Shown: piece by piece, positions 59,912-64,000 of the stretch | Layout of the letters: every line of letters starts with the position of its first letter | Position numbering within the stretch: the first letter of the stretch is position 1 | Source of the DNA: Deltaproteobacteria bacterium | Lineage (GTDB): Bacteria > Desulfobacterota > RBG-13-43-22 | Length of the DNA: 64,000 bases | Direction: 5' to 3' | NCBI GenBank assembly: GCA_016208255.1 | Contig: JACQYK010000085.1 | Location: 12,464 to 76,463, forward strand | The notes under the pieces: generated by a model | Told to the model about the DNA's origin: nothing | The model's input: only the letters and a program-made list of their open reading frames with translations | The model's database searches: none | Program-made: the position numbers and the translations under genes

Positions 59912-59940
59912 TTGCCAGATTTGTTTCTTCTGAATATAAT
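59912..59940 (+). promoter_or_regulatory. Sigma70-type promoter upstream of tRNA-His
   Basis: TTGCCA-17 nt-TATAAT. Confidence 0.7.
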
Positions 59941-60068
59941 TAGTTCTCATCCGGAAATAAAAGATATCCGGATGAAGCCTTCATCAGTCAGCAATCAGCA
60001 GTCAGCTAACATACAAAGAATAAAGGATTTTGCTGAAAGCTAAATGCTGATCGCTGATCGCTCCATAT

Positions 60069-60146
60069 GGTGAGTGTAGCTCAGTTGGTTAGAGCACCAG
60101 GTTGTGGCCCTGGGGGTCGAGGGTTCGAGTCCCTTCACTCACCCCA
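60069..60146 (+). tRNA. tRNA-His (anticodon GTG) with encoded G-1
   Basis: G GTGAGTG TAGCTCAGTTGGTTAGAGC A CCAGG-TTGTGGC-CCTGG..GAGGG-TTCGAGT-CCCTT CACTCAC C CCA. Confidence 0.97.
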
Positions 60147-60228
60147 TTTATTTTTAACTCAGGAATCCTCTGAGCGATAAATCTTTGTAAAACTTTTTTC
60201 ATTAAGAATAATGAGTGTGTAAAACGTC

Positions 60229-60373
60229 GTCACCCCGGCGAAAGCCGGGGTCCAGAAGAATTACAGTTGCTTAAAATACTGGATTCCGGCTTTCGCTCGA
60301 CTTCCTGCCGCTCGATCCGCTCGACCCGCTCGACAACGTCGAGCGGATCGAACGGCCGACCGTCCGGAACGAC
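60229..60373. repeat. Family-C element with a 68-nt (CGCTCGAx)n insert at 60296-60363
   Basis: The right palindrome TTCCGGCTTTCG|CCGGAA is split by CTCGACTTCCTGCCGCTCGATCCGCTCGACCCGCTCGACAACGTCGAGCGGATCGAACGGCCGACCGT. Confidence 0.85.
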
Positions 60374-60437
60374 GTGATTTGGGTTATGGTGATTTTTTAC
60401 GATTTCTAAAAAATACAGTTATTGTTTGCAGCTTTCT

Positions 60438-61085
60438 ATGAGATCTTTTATAAAAATCGGATTTTTCTTATATCTGGTTCTTTTCCTTTCTTCCTGTTCC
60501 TTGAACAATTCGAGTTCCGGAGGGGGCGGTTCCTCTGCGGATTATCAATTCCTTTATGACCACAATGCCCAAAACCTGGATGGTTACACCATCCGCTGGG
60601 ATTCCACGATTATAAAAGTTCATGCCGGAGGTATCGAAGGGGTGGAATCGGCTATCAATCGCTGGGTAGGACCGGTAAACTTCAATTTTGTAAACGCTCC
60701 TCCGCCTGATGGGATTTCCTTCAGTTTCACCAATTCCAGCTCTTACTGCGGCTCCACAACCTATTATTATTATAATTCCGGAAGGTTATACCGGGCGGTG
60801 ATAAGGATTAACTACGATCAGAGCCGGTGCCGTGGTGGTCTTGAAAATACCCTTACCCATGAAATGGGCCATGCCCTCGGATTTTTTGGCCACACCACCG
60901 ATGGAACCCTTATGGATCCTGACGGCGGTAACGGGGAGATAACCAGGCAGGTAAGAAATTTTATGAATTTGCTTTACGCTTCACCTTACGGTACGGATAT
61001 CAGCCCCTATCTTTCTTTCCGTAAAAGGATAACCGGCCGCTATCAACCTAACGGCACTCAAACCATTGTCGGGGTGGAATATTAA
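60438..61085 (+). CDS. Lipoprotein with metzincin-like (matrixin) zinc protease motif
   Basis: Lipobox LSSC, HEMGHALGFFGH and Met-turn TLMDP. Confidence 0.85.
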   Translation: MRSFIKIGFFLYLVLFLSSCSLNNSSSGGGGSSADYQFLYDHNAQNLDGYTIRWDSTIIKVHAGGIEGVESAINRWVGPVNFNFVNAPPPDGISFSFTNSSSYCGSTTYYYYNSGRLYRAVIRINYDQSRCRGGLENTLTHEMGHALGFFGHTTDGTLMDPDGGNGEITRQVRNFMNLLYASPYGTDISPYLSFRKRITGRYQPNGTQTIVGVEY

Positions 61086-61516
61086 TGCGCTTGGTCTTGC
61101 TTTTATTAATTTCTTTTTTTCTGTTTTTCAGCGGGACCTCCTGCAAGGAGGTGCAGAAGAGGGTTACTCCTTCCGGGATTAATATCATGGTCCATGATAT
61201 AGCCTGCCAGGAAGTTAAAGACCGTCTGATTAAGGAATGTAAAAACCAGAGTTTTCCTTATGATTGGTTGGAGAAAGAGCAGGAAACTCTCCTGATCGGT
61301 CCATTGACCACCCCCCCTTTGCCGGAAGATTCTTTTGCAAAAATGGAAGAGAAATACAGGCTGGAAATAAAATGTATGGATCCGATCAGTACCCGAATTT
61401 CAGTTCAGATACAACTGAAAGGCATGACCGCGGATAACCGGTGGCTGGTGATCAATGAGCCGGATCGTTTAAATGCTTACGGGCAAAGATTTTTAGAACG
61501 GCTCGTCAAGCCCTAA
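61085..61516 (+). CDS. Hypothetical lipoprotein
   Basis: Signal peptide ending GTSC, translationally coupled to the previous gene (TAATG). Confidence 0.7.
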   Translation: MRLVLLLLISFFLFFSGTSCKEVQKRVTPSGINIMVHDIACQEVKDRLIKECKNQSFPYDWLEKEQETLLIGPLTTPPLPEDSFAKMEEKYRLEIKCMDPISTRISVQIQLKGMTADNRWLVINEPDRLNAYGQRFLERLVKP

Positions 61517-61539
61517 CAGCCATGCCTTACCTTCCATTC

Positions 61540-61802
61540 TCACCGCAAAGTCGCCGAGGACGCAAAGAAGAAAAATTTTATTGATTGCCACGGGAGGCTC
61601 TGTCGACCCAAGGCCAAAGCCCCCCATTCGGGGGCCGGGGTGAGTGGCCGGCAATCAATAACCTTCGCTGCCCTTCGGGCCGGAATCCCTGTGGGTAATT
61701 GTTTGGCCGGAGGTCCCGCCCTTGGCGGGATTTATTCAATCCCCCCTCTCACGGGATTGAATAAAAATAATTCTCTCTGCGATCTTTGCGGCTTTGCGGT
61801 GA
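61540..61802. repeat. Family-F element (61578-61661) nested inside CACCGCAAAG.CGC / GCG.CTTTGCGGTG inverted arms
   Basis: Outer arms CACCGCAAAGTCGCCGAGGACGCAAAGA and TCTCTGCGATCTTTGCGGCTTTGCGGTG. Inner TTATTGATTGCC...GGCAATCAATAA. Confidence 0.88.
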
Positions 61803-61903
61803 ATAAAAACTCTTTTTTCAAACAGTGATACCTTTTTTATGCCAACCCCGTTTCCACTCATTCTCTTTATCCGGATTTACAGTTGCCAACGAAGGTAAGC
61901 TTT

Positions 61904-62569
61904 ATGCATAATCCCTCCTCTTTTTTTTCAGACCGCCAATGGGAATTGATTAAAAAATCGGTTCAAGAAGAAATGAAGGTCTCCCCAGCCAGTCACGGCT
62001 GGGATCATGTTAGACGGGTCTATGAATTGTGTTTGAAAATTGGAAAAAAAGAAAAGGCCGATTTGACGATACTGGGCTTGGCCGCTTTGCTCCATGATAT
62101 TGGACGAAAAGAGGAACAGGAGTCCAAAGGAAAAATCTGCCATGCCCGGGTTGGAGCGGAAAAAGCGGAAGGATTTTTAACCCGGCTGGAACTCCCCGAT
62201 CCATTCAAAAAAGAGGTCCTCCATTGCATTCGCAGTCATCGTTTTCGGGGGAATCAGGCCCCAAAATCTCTGGAAGCGAAGGTATTATTTGATGCCGACA
62301 AACTGGATTCCATCGGGGCCGTGGGTTTAGGACGGGCTTTTCTTTTTGCCGGGGAGGTCGGGGCCAGGCTGCACAATGCGCATCGGGATCTTTCCGGGAC
62401 TGTTTCCTACAGCCGGGAAGATACCGCTTATCGGGAATTTCAAGTGAAGTTAATCAAGATCAAAGATCGGATGCTGACCCGCACCGGAAAGGCCATGGCC
62501 GAAGGTCGGCACCGGTTTATGGTTCGGTTTTTTGATCGGCTAGATGAAGAGGTGAAAGGAAAAAGATAA
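61904..62569 (+). CDS. HD-domain metal-dependent phosphohydrolase (YedJ-like)
   Basis: HGWDHVRRV, LLHDIGR, H.R.GA, SHRFR and DADKLDSIGAVG. Confidence 0.9.
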   Translation: MHNPSSFFSDRQWELIKKSVQEEMKVSPASHGWDHVRRVYELCLKIGKKEKADLTILGLAALLHDIGRKEEQESKGKICHARVGAEKAEGFLTRLELPDPFKKEVLHCIRSHRFRGNQAPKSLEAKVLFDADKLDSIGAVGLGRAFLFAGEVGARLHNAHRDLSGTVSYSREDTAYREFQVKLIKIKDRMLTRTGKAMAEGRHRFMVRFFDRLDEEVKGKR

Positions 62570-62577
62570 AGACTTTT

Positions 62578-63067
62578 CACCGCAGAGCCGCAGAGGGCGC
62601 AAAGAAGAAGTTTTGTAATACTTTAGAGTTTATAAATACTTTTTGCCACAGACTCAAACAGACAAAAGCCGGACAAAGGGATATCTCTCACAGAGCTCTC
62701 AGAGTCGCAGAGACAACCTAATTTATTGATTGCCACGGGAGGCTTTGCCTCCCCAATGCCAAGCCCCCCATTCGGGGGCCGAGGTGAGGGGCCGGCAATC
62801 AATAACCAGTCATCGCCTATCGGCGAAAAGAGCTTGCAGGGTTGCGGGTCAGGTAAATCGGCCTACTCAACGATTTACAGAAAAAGAAAATCCATCTCTA
62901 ATAACTCTAAGGTCGGGAGCGACCAGAGGGAAAGGGCGAGAGGAAAAAGTTATGCCCGTAGGGCCTGACGGTAGGAGGAAGACAAGTCGTTTTCCTCCTG
63001 TCCAGCAGTCGTCTGTGGCAAGAAAAGGAAATTGCTTTGCTCTTTTCATAAACTAAATTGATACGAA
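62578..63067. repeat. Multi-layer repeat mosaic including family F (62723-62805) and a unit shared with 48228-48302
   Basis: TTGCCACAGAC (62643) pairs with GTCTGTGGCAA (63010). GCCCG.AGGGCCTGAC...TAGGAGGAAGACAA.TCGT.TTCCTC occurs here and at about 48230. Confidence 0.75.
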
Positions 63068-63110
63068 ATTTATTATTTACCTGCTATTACTTGAATCAGG
63101 AGAGGAATCA

Positions 63111-63674
63111 TTGAATCAGGCGCTTTTCTTAGACCGGGACGGGGTGATCAACGAAGACCGGGAGGATTATGTCAAATCCTGGGAAGAGTTTCGGTTCATT
63201 CCGGGGGTCCGATCAGCTTTAAAAAAACTCCGGAAAGCCAAGATCCCGGTGGTGCTGATCACTAATCAATCGGTTATTGGAAGAGGAATGATCACCGAAA
63301 ACGAATTGTCGGTCATTCATGAAGGAATGGGGAAAGCCGTTCAAAAGGCGGGCGGCCTCTTTCAGAAAATCTATTATTGTCCTCATCACCCCCGGGATCG
63401 TTGCCGATGCCGGAAACCCCGGATCGGTTTATTAAAAAAAGCGGCCCAGGAATTGGATTTGGATTTGACAAAATGTGTATTGGTCGGCGATACCCTTAAA
63501 GATATTCAGACCGGAAACCGGGCCGGTTGTCGGACCATCCTGGTTCAAAGCGGACAGGGGAAGGCGTCTTTGATAAAAATAATTTCAGGTAAAACCAGGA
63601 TCAAACCGGATTGGGTTTGTGATAATCTGCCGGAGGCGGTTCCCCTGATTCTTGAGTTTTTCCGGAAGGCGTAA
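63111..63674 (+). CDS. gmhB: D-glycero-beta-D-manno-heptose 1,7-bisphosphate phosphatase (HAD IIIA)
   Basis: FLDRDGVIN, ITNQS, YCPHHP...C.CRKP..G and VGD...DI..G. Confidence 0.88.
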   Translation: MNQALFLDRDGVINEDREDYVKSWEEFRFIPGVRSALKKLRKAKIPVVLITNQSVIGRGMITENELSVIHEGMGKAVQKAGGLFQKIYYCPHHPRDRCRCRKPRIGLLKKAAQELDLDLTKCVLVGDTLKDIQTGNRAGCRTILVQSGQGKASLIKIISGKTRIKPDWVCDNLPEAVPLILEFFRKA

Positions 63675-63740
63675 CTGTGATACGGTACTGATGATGAAGA
63701 TTAAACTCCCGGTAACCCTTTAGACGTATGAAAAAATTTT

Positions 63741-63975
63741 CTGACAGGATTAACAGGATTTATCTGTTTTTTGCTCAGGCTCCGGTGATCCTGAGCAACT
63801 TAGTTCCATCCCCGGCGGAAAGAAGAGCCTTTCTCCGCAGGACTATTTTGTTTGTGCCTTTCTTCCCCACGCTTGTCTGCTGCTTTCATACAGACAAGTC
63901 GAAAGGCACAAAAATCCAGGTAATCCGGTAAATCCTGTCTGATAAAAGAATTGGATTTTCAAAAAGCTAAATTGA
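63741..63975 (+). repeat. Family-D element with (ACAGGATT)n arms and the tail also seen at 47155-47196
   Basis: CTGACAGGATTAACAGGATT...TTTTGCTCAGGCTCCGG..CCTGAGCAA...TCTGATAAAAGAATTGGATTTTCAAAAA.CTAAATTGATA. Confidence 0.88.
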
Positions 63976-64000
63976 TAAACTTCCAGTATTGTCATCGGTT

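Noticed and set aside
55700-60420. Integrative element or prophage at tRNA-Arg or tRNA-His
   Set aside because: No integrase, no phage genes, and I saw no duplicated tRNA 3' end in the window.

Overview
Chromosomal window from what looks like an anaerobic deltaproteobacterium (Desulfobacterota/Syntrophales-like; inferred from gene content and order, not from a database search). In order: a glycyl-radical-enzyme locus with two oxidoreductases and an SCP2-like protein; an ABC/FtsX cassette; an ilvBN-psd-pssA-leuACDB-asd-rsmD-coaD housekeeping run; a yybP-ykoY riboswitch ahead of a GDT1/UPF0016 transporter; a minus-strand, probably sigma54-led block (ABM, ftsH, B12 radical SAM, DUF883, two GT4 and two GH130-like genes); acyl-CoA catabolic genes; a KS/CLF-like + acyl-CoA ligase + ACP set; tRNA-Arg(CCT) and tRNA-His(GTG). 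Main observations the ORF track does not show: (1) a probable selenoprotein, a QueG/RdhA-like Fe-S protein with an in-frame TGA followed by a SECIS-like hairpin and a palindrome in its promoter; (2) many families of palindromic mini-elements that nest inside each other and show compensatory base changes, one of which is inserted in-frame inside rsmD; (3) an unassigned glycyl radical enzyme with lipid/sterol-type neighbours; (4) three genes with clean internal deletions and one with a nonsense codon, which could be decay or assembly error. No transposase, integrase or CRISPR array was seen.
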